From an uncultured delta proteobacterium (lineage in GTDB: Bacteria; Desulfobacterota; Zymogenia; Zymogenales; Zymogenaceae): 64,000 nt of DNA. The notes beneath the pieces were generated by a model. The model was not told the origin of the DNA and made no database searches. It worked only from the letters and a program-made list of their open reading frames with translations. The position numbers and the translations under genes were made by a program. The stretch covers positions 273,283-337,282 of the forward strand of contig CAWBYW010000009.1 of NCBI GenBank assembly GCA_963792965.1, written 5' to 3'. This document shows positions 10,325-20,062 of this stretch, one piece after another. Position 1 is the first letter of the stretch. Every line of letters begins with the position of its first letter.

Positions 10325-11074
10325 ATGATCATTATTAAGTCAAAAGACGAGATTACGGCCCTGCGGCACGCCAACCGCGCGGCGGCCGAGGCGCTTGACG
10401 AGGTTGTCCACGCCATACGGCCGGGGATCACCACCCAAGAGCTCGACGACATCGCGCGGGAGGGGATCATCCGACGGGGGGGTAAACCCGCCTTCTTGGG
10501 CTACCGCGGCTATCCCAAGAGCCTGTGCGTCTCGCGGAACGAACAGGTAGTCCACGGGATACCGGGAAACCGGAAGATCAAGGAAGGGGACGTGGTAAGC
10601 CTTGATCTCGGCGCGGTCAAGGACGGGTTCGTCGGCGATCTCGCGGTCACCGTGGCGGTGGGAGAGGTGACGAGCCAGGCGGAAAAGCTCATCCGCGTCA
10701 CCCGCGAGGCGCTCTATCGGGGCATCGACCAGGCACGGGTCGGCAACCGCCTCTACGATATCTCTGCCACAGTCGAATCTCACGTGAAGGCAAACGGGTT
10801 TTCGGTAGTTCGTCAGTTCGTGGGGCACGGCATCGGGCGCGACATGCACGAGGAGCCCCAGATACCCAACTTCGGCACGAAGGGCACCGGGGTGCGGCTC
10901 AAGGCCGGGATGACTCTTGCGATCGAGCCGATGGTGAACGTGGGGAGTTGGGAGGTGAAGGTGCTGGCCGACGGCTGGACGGTCGTCACGGTGGACGGTT
11001 CCCTCTCCGCCCATTTTGAGCACACGATCGCCATCACGGACGACGGGCCGATAGTCCTGAGCGAATTAGACTGA
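10325..11074 (+). CDS. map: Type I methionine aminopeptidase
   Basis: MIIIKSKDEI start, NEQVVHGIP, GHGIG..MHEEP, AIEPMVN, SAHFEHT. Confidence 0.97.
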   Translation: MIIIKSKDEITALRHANRAAAEALDEVVHAIRPGITTQELDDIAREGIIRRGGKPAFLGYRGYPKSLCVSRNEQVVHGIPGNRKIKEGDVVSLDLGAVKDGFVGDLAVTVAVGEVTSQAEKLIRVTREALYRGIDQARVGNRLYDISATVESHVKANGFSVVRQFVGHGIGRDMHEEPQIPNFGTKGTGVRLKAGMTLAIEPMVNVGSWEVKVLADGWTVVTVDGSLSAHFEHTIAITDDGPIVLSELD

Positions 11075-11224
11075 AAGCGACCACAGGGATCGATCAAGCC
11101 CGATAGGCTCCACGCCTCGTTATTCCTTTTCCCGTTCGACCTTTTGTGTCTAACCGACTTTCCCGGACGACGGAAGAAAAACCCAGCAAGATAATCTGAA
11201 ACAGTGAAAGAGGTTATTATTTTC

Positions 11225-11259
11225 TTGACACGAATAATATTCTAAAATATAGTTCTACT
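11225..11259 (+). promoter_or_regulatory. sigma70 promoter with overlapping TetR-type operator(s)
   Basis: TTGACA-17-TATAGT; palindrome GAATA-A-TATTC 11232-11242 and a degenerate copy 11243-11257. Confidence 0.7.
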
Positions 11260-11865
11260 ATGAAAAGGATCGACACGAGAAACCGAAGCACCCCCGCACG
11301 AAAGAAGGAGATCATCCGTGCGGCGCTTGCGTGCTTTACGGAATTAGGGATTGATCAGACGGGCATGGCCGACATCCGCAAGAAGTCGGGCGTGAGCACC
11401 GGCAGCATCTATCACCACTTCACCGGCAAGGAGCAGCTTGCGGCCGAGGTTTATCTGGAGGGGATACGGGATTATCAGGAGGGCTTTCTCGCGGCGATGG
11501 AAGAGAAGCAGGACGCCCGGGAAGGGATCCTCGCCGTCATTTCGTACCACCTGAAATGGGTAGAGGACAATCCGGAGTGGGCACGTTTCCTGTTTCGAGA
11601 GCGCCGCGCGGACTTCATGAAGGCGACGGAGGAGGAGTTTGTGAGCACAAATGCGGCTTTCTTCGGACGCGCATCGCTCTGGATCGGTAGACACATCAAG
11701 GCGGGCTCCATAAGACGGCTCCCGCCGGACCTCTACGTCGCCCTCCTTCTGGGCCCCTGTCAGGAATATACCCGGATGCATCTGGCCGGCCACGCCCGGG
11801 CTAACCCCGCCGAGATCGCCCGGGAGCTCGCGGATGCCGTCTGGCGAGCCATTGGCACAGAGTGA
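11260..11865 (+). CDS. TetR/AcrR family transcriptional regulator
   Basis: N-terminal HTH IIRAALACF..G...T.MADI...GVSTGSIYHHF.GKEQL. Confidence 0.93.
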   Translation: MKRIDTRNRSTPARKKEIIRAALACFTELGIDQTGMADIRKKSGVSTGSIYHHFTGKEQLAAEVYLEGIRDYQEGFLAAMEEKQDAREGILAVISYHLKWVEDNPEWARFLFRERRADFMKATEEEFVSTNAAFFGRASLWIGRHIKAGSIRRLPPDLYVALLLGPCQEYTRMHLAGHARANPAEIARELADAVWRAIGTE

Positions 11866-12395
11866 GGAAAATGGCCATGAGGACAATTGAGGAGCTTGAA
11901 AAGAAGGAGCTGATCGACCTCTTGCAGCGCTGCTGGATGACCCACGACGGGATGTGGCTCTACAGCACCATGCAGGCCTTCGGGATACAGGAGGCAAACC
12001 GGCTCAACAAAGCGGCAATCAGTATGCTTGCCCCCCTCGAGATCGGGCGGATGAAAAAGACCTTCGGCCTGGAAAAGGAGAAGATCGAGACGTTTGACGA
12101 GCTCAAGGAGTTCTTTGCCCGCGCCTGTGCGCTCTTCGTCCCCGACTTCATGGGCGCGGCCTTTTCTTTTCCTCGCGAAAACACCTTCCGCTGGGAATTC
12201 AAGCCGAAGAGCTGCTTTGCCTACAAGGGGATATCGCGCATCGGGGCGATCGAGGGCTATGAGTGCGGCGTCATCTACCGGGTGCTCTGTTGGCTTGACG
12301 CCCTCGGGATTACCTACCGCGCCCCCGAGATCGGGCGCTGCCGGATGATTGACGCAGATACGTGCTCGGGGGATGTGGAAGTAGACTTCCGTTGA
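11862..12395 (+). CDS. DUF6125-like protein (Cys-containing, V4R/ATC-hydrolase-like fold inferred)
   Basis: WMTHDGMW motif and conserved-looking Cys residues (SCFAY, YECG, GRC, TCS); overlaps the TetR stop (GTGA); start could be 11871 or 11877. Confidence 0.65.
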   Translation: MRKMAMRTIEELEKKELIDLLQRCWMTHDGMWLYSTMQAFGIQEANRLNKAAISMLAPLEIGRMKKTFGLEKEKIETFDELKEFFARACALFVPDFMGAAFSFPRENTFRWEFKPKSCFAYKGISRIGAIEGYECGVIYRVLCWLDALGITYRAPEIGRCRMIDADTCSGDVEVDFR

Positions 12396-12464
12396 GAAAA
12401 AGGAGGGGTCCGGGGCGCGGCTATTTCGGATCAGATAACTCGAAAGGAGATTTCCCACCCAAGG

Positions 12465-13118
12465 TCAGATAATATCCCCAAGCTGCTCCTTTAGCTCGAG
12501 GTAGTCGAGGATCTTCCTGAGGCTCTCGGGGTTCTTGATCGTCATCTCGTCTCCCGCCACCGAGAGGAAGTTCTTCTCGGTCAGGTTATCGACGACCCTC
12601 CTGGTCTTATCCACCTCAAGGCCCACGAGGCCGGCCAGATCGACGATAGAAAGCCGCACCACCATCCCGTCCGGGGTCTTGGTCCCTTCTTTCACGGCGA
12701 TCTTGCTCACCATATCCACGACCTTGCTCATCGAATCCTTGATGAGTAGATTCTCGATACGGTGGTCCGCGCCCCTGATCCTCTCGGCCATCTTCCTCAG
12801 GATGAGGATGGCCACGTCGGGACTGTTTTTTATGGTGGATTCGAAGGTCTTCTCGTCGATAACCAGGAGCTTTACGTTGGTTGCCGCGGTCGCCGTGGCC
12901 GAGCGGGGCTCCTTTTCGAGGATCGCCATCTCGCCGAAGAAATCTCCCTTCTCGAGCTCGGCAAGTAGCGTTTCGGTGGCGCGCACCTTCTTTGTGATCC
13001 TGACCGTGCCGTCGTGGATGATGTACATCTCGTGACCGTCTTCGCCCTCGGTGAAGATCACCGTCCCCCTGAGCAGGGATTTTCCGAACTTTTCGTAGAG
13101 CTTGTCCTTTTCAGGCAC
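12465..13118 (-). CDS. Crp/Fnr family cNMP-binding protein with divergent HTH
   Basis: GDFFGEMAILEKEPRSATA pocket; C-terminal wHTH lacking RETVSR; SD GGAGG before GTG at 13118. Confidence 0.88.
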   Translation of the reverse strand: MPEKDKLYEKFGKSLLRGTVIFTEGEDGHEMYIIHDGTVRITKKVRATETLLAELEKGDFFGEMAILEKEPRSATATAATNVKLLVIDEKTFESTIKNSPDVAILILRKMAERIRGADHRIENLLIKDSMSKVVDMVSKIAVKEGTKTPDGMVVRLSIVDLAGLVGLEVDKTRRVVDNLTEKNFLSVAGDEMTIKNPESLRKILDYLELKEQLGDII

Positions 13119-13143
13119 GCAAACCTCCATGAACTCCCAGAGA

Positions 13144-13207
13144 ACTGTACTGAAAATATCGCAATAAGTCAAGGCTTATTGACATTTGGGGGCAAGTGCG
13201 GTATACA
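13144..13207. promoter_or_regulatory. Divergent promoters (crp2 / rpe) with central inverted repeat
   Basis: + TTGACA(13179)-17-TATACA; - TTGACT(13172)-17-TACAGT; CAATAAG-N6-CTTATTG at 13162-13181. Confidence 0.55.
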
Positions 13208-13232
13208 GGAGAAACTACTCGGAGGACGACGG

Positions 13233-13899
13233 ATGGAAAAGAAGATCGCCCCCTCGATTCTCTCGGCGGACTTTGCCCGCATCGGCGAGGAGATCAACGC
13301 GGTTGGGGCCGGCGGCGCGGACTGGATCCACGTGGACGTGATGGACGGCGCGTTTGTCCCCAACATCACCATCGGTCCGGCCGTGGTGGCATCGATCAGG
13401 AAGGTGACGACGCTCCCCCTTGATGTCCACCTGATGATACGTCATCCCGACCGGTTCGTAAAAGCATTTTCAGAGGCGGGAGCCGACATTATCACCATAC
13501 ACGTCGAGGCAGATCCACACGTCGACCGAACCCTCAATCTGATCAAATCACTCGGTAAAAAGGCGGGGATATCACTCAACCCCTCTACGCCGCTCTCCGC
13601 GGTTGAGGAGGTATTGTCGATCGTCGATCTCGTGGTGATCATGAGCGTCAACCCCGGGTTTGGAGGCCAAAAGCTGATCCCCTATACGCTCGGCAAGGTC
13701 GAGCGACTCAAAGATACCCTGCTGAGCCGGGGGCTCACGCACGTCGTCATCGAGATCGACGGCGGCATCACCGAGGCCAACATCGCATGACGCCTCCCGC
13801 GCGGGCGTGGACGTTTTCGTGGCGGGCTCCGCAATATTCGGCGCCCGCGACTACGCCGAGGCCATAAAAAAATTGAAGAAGAGTGTTGAAAAGACGTGA
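13233..13899 (+). CDS. rpe: Ribulose-phosphate 3-epimerase (indel near 13788)
   Basis: IAPSILSADF, HVDVMDG.FVPN, DVHLMI, MSVNPGFGGQ, IDGGI, then FVAGSAIF in the shifted frame. Confidence 0.95.
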
Positions 13900-13925
13900 G
13901 CGATCTGGTATAGTAGCCAATCTGT

Positions 13926-14004
13926 CGGGATGTAGCGCAGTCTGGTTTAGCGCGCCTGCTTCGGGAGCAGGAGGTCGGAGGTTCAAATCCTCTCATCCCG
14001 ACCA
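13926..14004 (+). tRNA. tRNA-Pro(CGG)
   Basis: CGGGATG acceptor stem, anticodon arm CCTGC-TTCGGGA-GCAGG, GTTCAAATC T-loop, encoded CCA; upstream TTGAAA-17-TATAGT promoter. Confidence 0.96.
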
Positions 14005-14015
14005 ATTTTCATCTC

Positions 14016-14039
14016 AAAAGGCCGCGCGCGGCCTTTTTT
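14016..14039 (+). terminator. Intrinsic terminator after tRNA-Pro
   Basis: AAAAGGCCGC-gc-GCGGCCTTTTTT. Confidence 0.75.
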
Positions 14040-14179
14040 GCTCCCCCGGGCGAAATGCGGGGACGGCCCGATCGAGGGAAAAGGGGCCAAAAGCCTTAGG
14101 TTCGTCCGTTGACCTTATCCGGGTACGAGCGCGAAGATACCGATACGATTATTTTTGACCATATACGGGAGGTCCCATC

Positions 14180-14557
14180 ATGAAAAGAAAGACATATACC
14201 ATCGACTCCTTCCCCAAGGCCGGTCCCTATTCACACGTGGTCGAGGCGGCCGATCTCCTCTTTGTCTCGGGCACGCTCCCCATCGATGTCGCCAGGGATC
14301 TCTTCATCAAGGACGACATCACCGCCGCGACCGAGCTTGTCCTGACCAACATCAAGAAGGCCCTCGAGACGGCGGGAAGCTCGCTGGGAAAGGTAGTGAA
14401 GGCGACGGTCTTTCTGCGGGACATGGCTGATTTTGCCGACATGAACGAGGTTTACAGGACCTTCTTCCCTAAAGACCCGCCTGCCCGCTCCTGCATCGCC
14501 GTCAGGGAGGTCCCCGGCAATTACCCTATTGAGATCGAAGTAATCGCCCTGAAGTAG
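14180..14557 (+). CDS. RidA/YjgF/UK114 family enamine deaminase
   Basis: GPYS, LFVSG, VVKATVFL.DM.DF..MN.VY..FF...PPARS, IEIEVIA; SD GGGAGG. Confidence 0.93.
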   Translation: MKRKTYTIDSFPKAGPYSHVVEAADLLFVSGTLPIDVARDLFIKDDITAATELVLTNIKKALETAGSSLGKVVKATVFLRDMADFADMNEVYRTFFPKDPPARSCIAVREVPGNYPIEIEVIALK

Positions 14558-14654
14558 GGAGAGCCAACAAGACTGCTTCTTATGCTATGAATCTGCCGAC
14601 ACTTCGGTGTCCCCTGCATTAGGCAGGTAAGATCCACGTCGGCGCGCACATATA

Positions 14655-14692
14655 AAGACGGGTGATCATGACGATACATGATCACCCGTCTT
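14655..14692. terminator. Perfect 16-bp hairpin, probable bidirectional terminator between RidA and V4R genes
   Basis: AAGACGGGTGATCATG-acgata-CATGATCACCCGTCTT. Confidence 0.7.
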
Positions 14693-14770
14693 CGTTTATC
14701 GAGCGATTTCTATCGCGGAAAAGCGCGAACGCTTCCCGTATTGACCCTCGGTGGCCGTGGACGATCTACC

Positions 14771-15319
14771 TTATCTGATTACCTTCTTCTTCTCGCCGGC
14801 ACGGCTGAACTCGAACCGGCAGACCGGGTCTCCCTTGCTGACGCAGAGGACCTCTTCCCCCTCGTAGACCGCATCGAAGGCGCCGCTGGCCGCCCCGGCG
14901 TAGAGGCCCGCGCAAAGAATGCAGGTGGCCTTCTTCTCTTTCGTGTCGGGATTGGCCTCGCCAAACCCCGCCGCCTCCCACGTCCCGGGAAAGTCGATGG
15001 TCAATGTGCCCGTACCCTCATCGTACTGGATGTCCTTGATCCTTCCCCACCCGAGGTTCTTGATCAGATCGAGGTGCTGCTTTATCTGCTCGATTCCTCC
15101 GCCGAAATACTGCCGCATCCGATCACCGGCGATCTTGCCCGAGGAGAAGCCCGCCTCGTAAATCTGCCGCTTCGCGACCGGTCCCAACAATCCCACGAGC
15201 CGATCTACCATATTGGCAAGGAGCGCCACCGAGAAGATGACCCAGCGCCGATTGAAAGCATGGATCTCGTCATTGTCGTCTACCTGAAAAATCCCCGCGC
15301 CTAATTGCTTATCTGCCAT
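14771..15319 (-). CDS. Stand-alone V4R (4-vinyl reductase) domain protein
   Basis: LGWGRI, C..CAG.YAG, E..CVSKGDPVCRF; SD GGAGG; upstream TTGACA-17-TATAGT at 15385-15357. Confidence 0.85.
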   Translation of the reverse strand: MADKQLGAGIFQVDDNDEIHAFNRRWVIFSVALLANMVDRLVGLLGPVAKRQIYEAGFSSGKIAGDRMRQYFGGGIEQIKQHLDLIKNLGWGRIKDIQYDEGTGTLTIDFPGTWEAAGFGEANPDTKEKKATCILCAGLYAGAASGAFDAVYEGEEVLCVSKGDPVCRFEFSRAGEKKKVIR

Positions 15320-15545
15320 GGTTTCCTCCCGTGATGTAACATAGTCATCCTTGGACACTATAATGATTAATCAGGTGATTGTCAAGATGAAACATCCCGG
15401 CCGAATCGTCGCCTCATGCTGCCGGATCGTCCGCGAGCGGGAGGAGAGCCTCACAGGATTGAGAAGAGAGGATGAGACGGGCCCGGCGCCGACCAGTAAA
15501 CCACCGGGGCGCCGTACGGGTGACGAGCGTCTTCAGAGGGTCGGC

Positions 15546-16581
15546 TCACGCCTCACCGGGGACGAGCGTGATCTCGTGTTTGACCAGGCGCCGCAGGATC
15601 GTGATGGCAAGCGTCGGGTTTTTGGGCAGTCCCGAGAGGATCCGGTGGATGTCGTCCACGCCCTTGACGCCCGTTCCGTTGATAAAGACAATGAGGTCGC
15701 CCGACATCAGTCCCGCCCGGCTGGCCGGGCCGCCCTTCTCCACCGCGGCGACCTCGACGACGGTATCGTACTTCAGGCCGAAATGGAGCATCACGCGCCT
15801 CCCGATGCGCGCGCGACTGCGCGGTGATGCCGAGGTAGTATCTCTTCACCTTTCCGTCGGTAAGGATCTCCCCCACCACCCAGCGCGCCGTGTTAACGGG
15901 GATGGCAAAGCTGATTCCCTGGGCCATGAAAATGATCGCGGTGTTGATGCCGATCACGCGCCCTCCGCTGTCCACGAGCGGTCCGCCGGAATTGCCCGGG
16001 TTGAGGGCCACGTCGGTCTGTATGACGTTATCGATGAGCCGGCCCGACTGGCTCCTCAGGCTCCTCCCGAGGGCCGAAATTACCCCGGTGGAGACGGTGC
16101 TCTGAAAGCCGAAGGGGTTCCCGATGGCAATGACAAGCTGGCCGACCTTGAGGCCGTCCGAATCTCCGAGCTCGGCAAAGGGGAGCTTGCCCGAGTCCAT
16201 GCGCACGACCGCCAGGTCCGTAGCCGGGTCGGTCCCGACGACGGAGACGGGATAGGTGTTTCCGTCGGTCAGGGTGCCCGTCAGCGTCTTTGCCCCCTCC
16301 ACCACGTGGTTGTTGGTGAGGATAAAGCCGTCCGGGGTGATAATGACACCGGAGCCCGCTCCCTCGCCCGCGGGAGATCGCCCGGCCTTTTCTTTAGTTA
16401 CCTGAATGCTCAACACGGCGGGCCCGACCCGCTCCACCACGTTGACGACGGCCCGCGAATAGGCGTCAAGCAGGTCGCGGTCATCGTCGCCCACCCTGGG
16501 CGTCCCCTCGCCTCCGTATCGGGGCGAGTGGCTCGGGAGGGATATGAGTCTTACCGTGTTCGGGTTAATATTTTTTTTCAT
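15546..16581 (-). CDS. HtrA/DegP-like trypsin serine protease with one PDZ domain (frameshift near 15800)
   Basis: GSGVII, TNNHVV, DLAVV, GNSGGPL catalytic triad; PDZ GPA.RAGL..GD.I in the second frame. Confidence 0.9.
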
Positions 16582-16964
16582 GGCTGTCTCGATCCATTGG
16601 AAAAAGGTTATGAGCCGTCTACGGTGCTCTCCATACAGGGAACCGGACCGGCCACCGGTTGTTACTTCATCGACTCATCTTAATATAGGTACTCCTCCCC
16701 GCCTTGTCAATGAACCGGCCCTCGATTTTGTACCAACGGATCCATACGGCCGGGAATATCGCCGCGGTCTTTGTCCAAAATATTCCTGTTGACCATTTTT
16801 CAGGAATGGGGGAGAATAATTCAGTGCCGGCTATTCCACGATGCGGCCTGGCCGATTTTCCGCGTGGAGCGTCCTGAGTCACGAGGCACGCGTTATCACG
16901 TTCCGTTTTTGGGCGCTCGCGCCAATATCCACCTCACGTATGGCATAAAAAAGGAGGAGACGAG

Positions 16965-18851
16965 ATGAAGACGGTCTTGAAGGTGCTCAAGGTCATCCTT
17001 TTCTCCCTTGTCGGCGCTGGTCGCCGCGATAGTGATCATCTTTCTCCTCCTACCCAGGGGACACGGCCAGCTGATGAAATTCGACGATCCGTACCATGTC
17101 GCCCGAAAGTCGGTCACGAGCCGTGACTATATGGCGTCTACCGGCTCGCCGTGGGCAACAGCTGCGGCTCTCAAGATACTGGAGGCGGGTGGGAACGCCT
17201 TCGATGCGGGTATGGCCGCCCTCCTCGTCCTCAACGTCACCATCCCCGAGGCGGCGAGCTTCCCCTGCGTGGCGCCCACGATGATCTACGATGCGCGCAC
17301 AAACGAAGTCGTTAGCTACTGCGGCGTGGGCAAGGCGCCCAAAAAGGCCACCATCGACTTCTTCCGGGAAAAGGGCTACAAGACCATGCCCAAACTCACG
17401 ATCCTTTCCCAGCTCATCCCGGCGTCGCCCGACGTCATGGTCGCGGTCCTTGAAAAATACGGAACGATGAGCTTTGGCCAAATCAGCGCCCCGGCCATCA
17501 GGCTTGCCCGGGAGGGGTTCCCGGTTCATTCGATGATGCTCAATCACCTCGATCTCAACCCGGTGGAGCGCTTCGCCTTCTTCGTCATGATGCCCTATAA
17601 CGTAAAGGTCTACCTCGGTGGAAAGTGGTATAAGCCCCTCTACCACGGGGAGCGTTTCGTGCAGCCTGACCTCGCCGGCACCCTCGAGTCGCTCGTGGCG
17701 GCCGAGAAGAAGGCCGTCGAGGCCGGCGGCACGAGGTCGGACGGGCTGAAAGCGGTGAGGGACTATTTTTACCGGGGCCCTATCGCCGACGCCATCGTCA
17801 AATTTCATGAGGCAAACGGCGGGCTCTTTTCGCGGGAGGACCTGTCTGAATACGCCGGCTACTGGGAAAAGCCCGTCACCGGAAACTTCAGGGGTTATAC
17901 CATTAACGCCAACGGGCCGTGGAACCAGGGGGCGGTCCTCCCGATGGCCCTCATGATACTGGACGGCATCGACCTGAAGGCCATGGGGCACAACTCGCCC
18001 GAATACGTACACACGGTCCTTCAGGCGATTGAGCTGGCGATGGCCGACCGAGAGGCATATTTCGGCGACCCCGCGTTCGTCGACGTCCCGATCACCGGCT
18101 CTCCTGGATAAACGCTACGCGGCCCTCCGCAGATCGCTCATGACGCCCGGCAAGGCCTTCGGCGCCATGCCGCCCGCCGGGCGACCCGGTCAATTTGAGG
18201 CCGACCGGGGGACGGATCGTGTCCGCGGGTCTGGACGGTCCGTCCTTGAAACACTCGGACCGTCCCGCCCTCGATACCACCTACCTTGCGGTGACCGACG
18301 CCCGGGGTAACTCCATATCGCTGACCCCGAGCGATTTTCCACAGTCCCCGATGGTCCCGGGGACGGGGCTCTGCCTCGGCGTCAGGATGACCCAGTTCAG
18401 GCTCATCCCCGGCCACCCCAACGCCCTCATGCCGGGCAAGAGGCCCCGCATCACCCCCAACTCCCCCCTCGTCACAAAGGACGGCCGTCTCTTCATGACG
18501 TTCGGCTCCCCCGAGGGTGACCAGCAGCCGCAGGCGCTTGTTCAGGTTTTCCTTAACCTCATCGTCTTCGGCATGGATATCCAGGACGCCATCGACGCCC
18601 CGCGCTTTCGGTCGAAGAACTTTCCCGACTCCTTCTCACCCCACGAGTACAATCCCGGGACCGTGGAGATGGAGCAGTCTCTCTACGACAAGGTGGGCAA
18701 GGACCTCGAGAAGATGGGATATACCGTGGAGGTGGTAGACGACTGGACGTGGGAGATGGGGGCGATAGGCGCCATCATCCGCGACCCCGAAACCGGCGCG
18801 CTCACCGGCGGGGCCGATCCTCGCCAGGAGAACTGGGCGGCGGGGAAATAA
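16965..18851 (+). CDS. Gamma-glutamyltransferase-family Ntn hydrolase with N-terminal membrane anchor (frameshifts near 17010 and 18100)
   Basis: SD AAGGAGG; GGNAFDA, AMADRE.YFGDP, catalytic DTTYLAVTD..GN, PGKRP, GADPR. Confidence 0.88.
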
Positions 18852-19009
18852 TCGAAGGACGAGGTGATGGGGGCGCACTGCGACGCATCGCCGCACGATG
18901 ATTGAAGACTATGCACAGTGAGGAGTCCCGCGCGGCGGCCCGTAAGGCGCCACCGCGGGACTCCCTGTTTCGACGAGAGGCGCCAGTAACTTCTTATAGA
19001 GGAAAGAAC

Positions 19010-19360
19010 ATGATCATCCACAGTCTCGATAAGGTCACGAAGATCACGCCCATCATGGAGGGGGCAAAGGACGTACAAAAACAGCTCCCGATCGCGGCCG
19101 CGGACGGGACACCTTCGTTCTCGGTCCGGGTCTTCACCATCGGCGTGGGCGGGCATACCCCGTACCACAGCCATCCGTTCGAGCACATTAATTACGTCAT
19201 CGAAGGCCAGGGCGTTATCGTGGATGAGAAGGGAAAGGAAAGCCCGGTCAAGAAGGGCGATTTCGGCTTGATCCTCCCGGACGAGAAGCACAGCTACAGA
19301 AACACCTCAAAGACCGCCGACCTCGTAGTGATCTGTGCCGTGCCGAAGGCGTACGAATAG
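19010..19360 (+). CDS. Cupin domain protein
   Basis: GGHTPYHSHPFEH.NYVIEG.G and P.EKHSYRN cupin motifs. Confidence 0.9.
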   Translation: MIIHSLDKVTKITPIMEGAKDVQKQLPIAAADGTPSFSVRVFTIGVGGHTPYHSHPFEHINYVIEGQGVIVDEKGKESPVKKGDFGLILPDEKHSYRNTSKTADLVVICAVPKAYE

Positions 19361-19423
19361 ACATGTCGCCCCACTAATAGGCGGTGCTCTCATGGGGCGT
19401 TGAAGGGAGAGAAGTGAAAGTAC

Positions 19424-20056
19424 CTACTTCTGTTTCACGCATTGCGATCGCGTCCGGTTAAGCTCGCACAGTTTCCCGAAGACCTCCCCCACCTGGCGCT
19501 CGAGATCCTGGAGGGTTCCCGTATTGTCGATGACGAAATCCGCCCTCCGTTTCTTCTCGTCCATATCCATCTGCTTGGCGATCCGGTTGATCGCCTCCGC
19601 GCGGGAAAAGCCATCCCGTTTCATGAGGCGTGCTATCTGGGTTTCCCTGTCCACCCAGACCACCACCACGCAGTCGACGATCTTCTCCCCGCCGGACTCG
19701 TAAAGAAGCGGAATATCGAGCATGAGGATCGTGTCCCCCGGGTTCTTCTTATAGCGGCCCATCTCTTCGGCCATCTCGGCGTAGACCGCCGGGTGGACAA
19801 TGCTGTTGAGGTCCGTGAGCGCCCGAGCATCGGCAAAAACGATGTCCCTGAGCCTTTCCCGGTCGAGCGTGCCATCGGCGCTTATCACACCACTTCCGAA
19901 ACGCTCCCGAATCCGGGCAAGCGCCGGCCTCCCCGGCTCCACCACTTTCCGGGCAAGGATGTCTGAGTCCACCAGCCTCACCCCGAGCCCTTCGAACGCG
20001 CGCGCCGCCGTGCTCTTTCCGCTCCCGATTCCTCCGGTCAGCCCAACGATCAGCAT
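19424..20056 (-). CDS. coaE: Dephospho-CoA kinase
   Basis: VGLTGGIGSGKST, LDR..L...VF, IVHP, DIPLLYE, ADFVIDN. Confidence 0.96.
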   Translation of the reverse strand: MLIVGLTGGIGSGKSTAARAFEGLGVRLVDSDILARKVVEPGRPALARIRERFGSGVISADGTLDRERLRDIVFADARALTDLNSIVHPAVYAEMAEEMGRYKKNPGDTILMLDIPLLYESGGEKIVDCVVVVWVDRETQIARLMKRDGFSRAEAINRIAKQMDMDEKKRRADFVIDNTGTLQDLERQVGEVFGKLCELNRTRSQCVKQK

Positions 20057-20062
20057 AAGTCC

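Noticed and set aside
14605-14645. GCCGAC...TCCACGT.GTCGGC resembling an HDV-like ribozyme, with a UUCG hairpin
   Set aside because: No P3 helix flanks TCCACGT and there is no GG for P1.1; treated as ordinary 3' UTR hairpins
14005-19360. Accessory genes after tRNA-Pro as a possible genomic island
   Set aside because: No integrase, no repeat of the tRNA 3' end seen, and codon style matches the host
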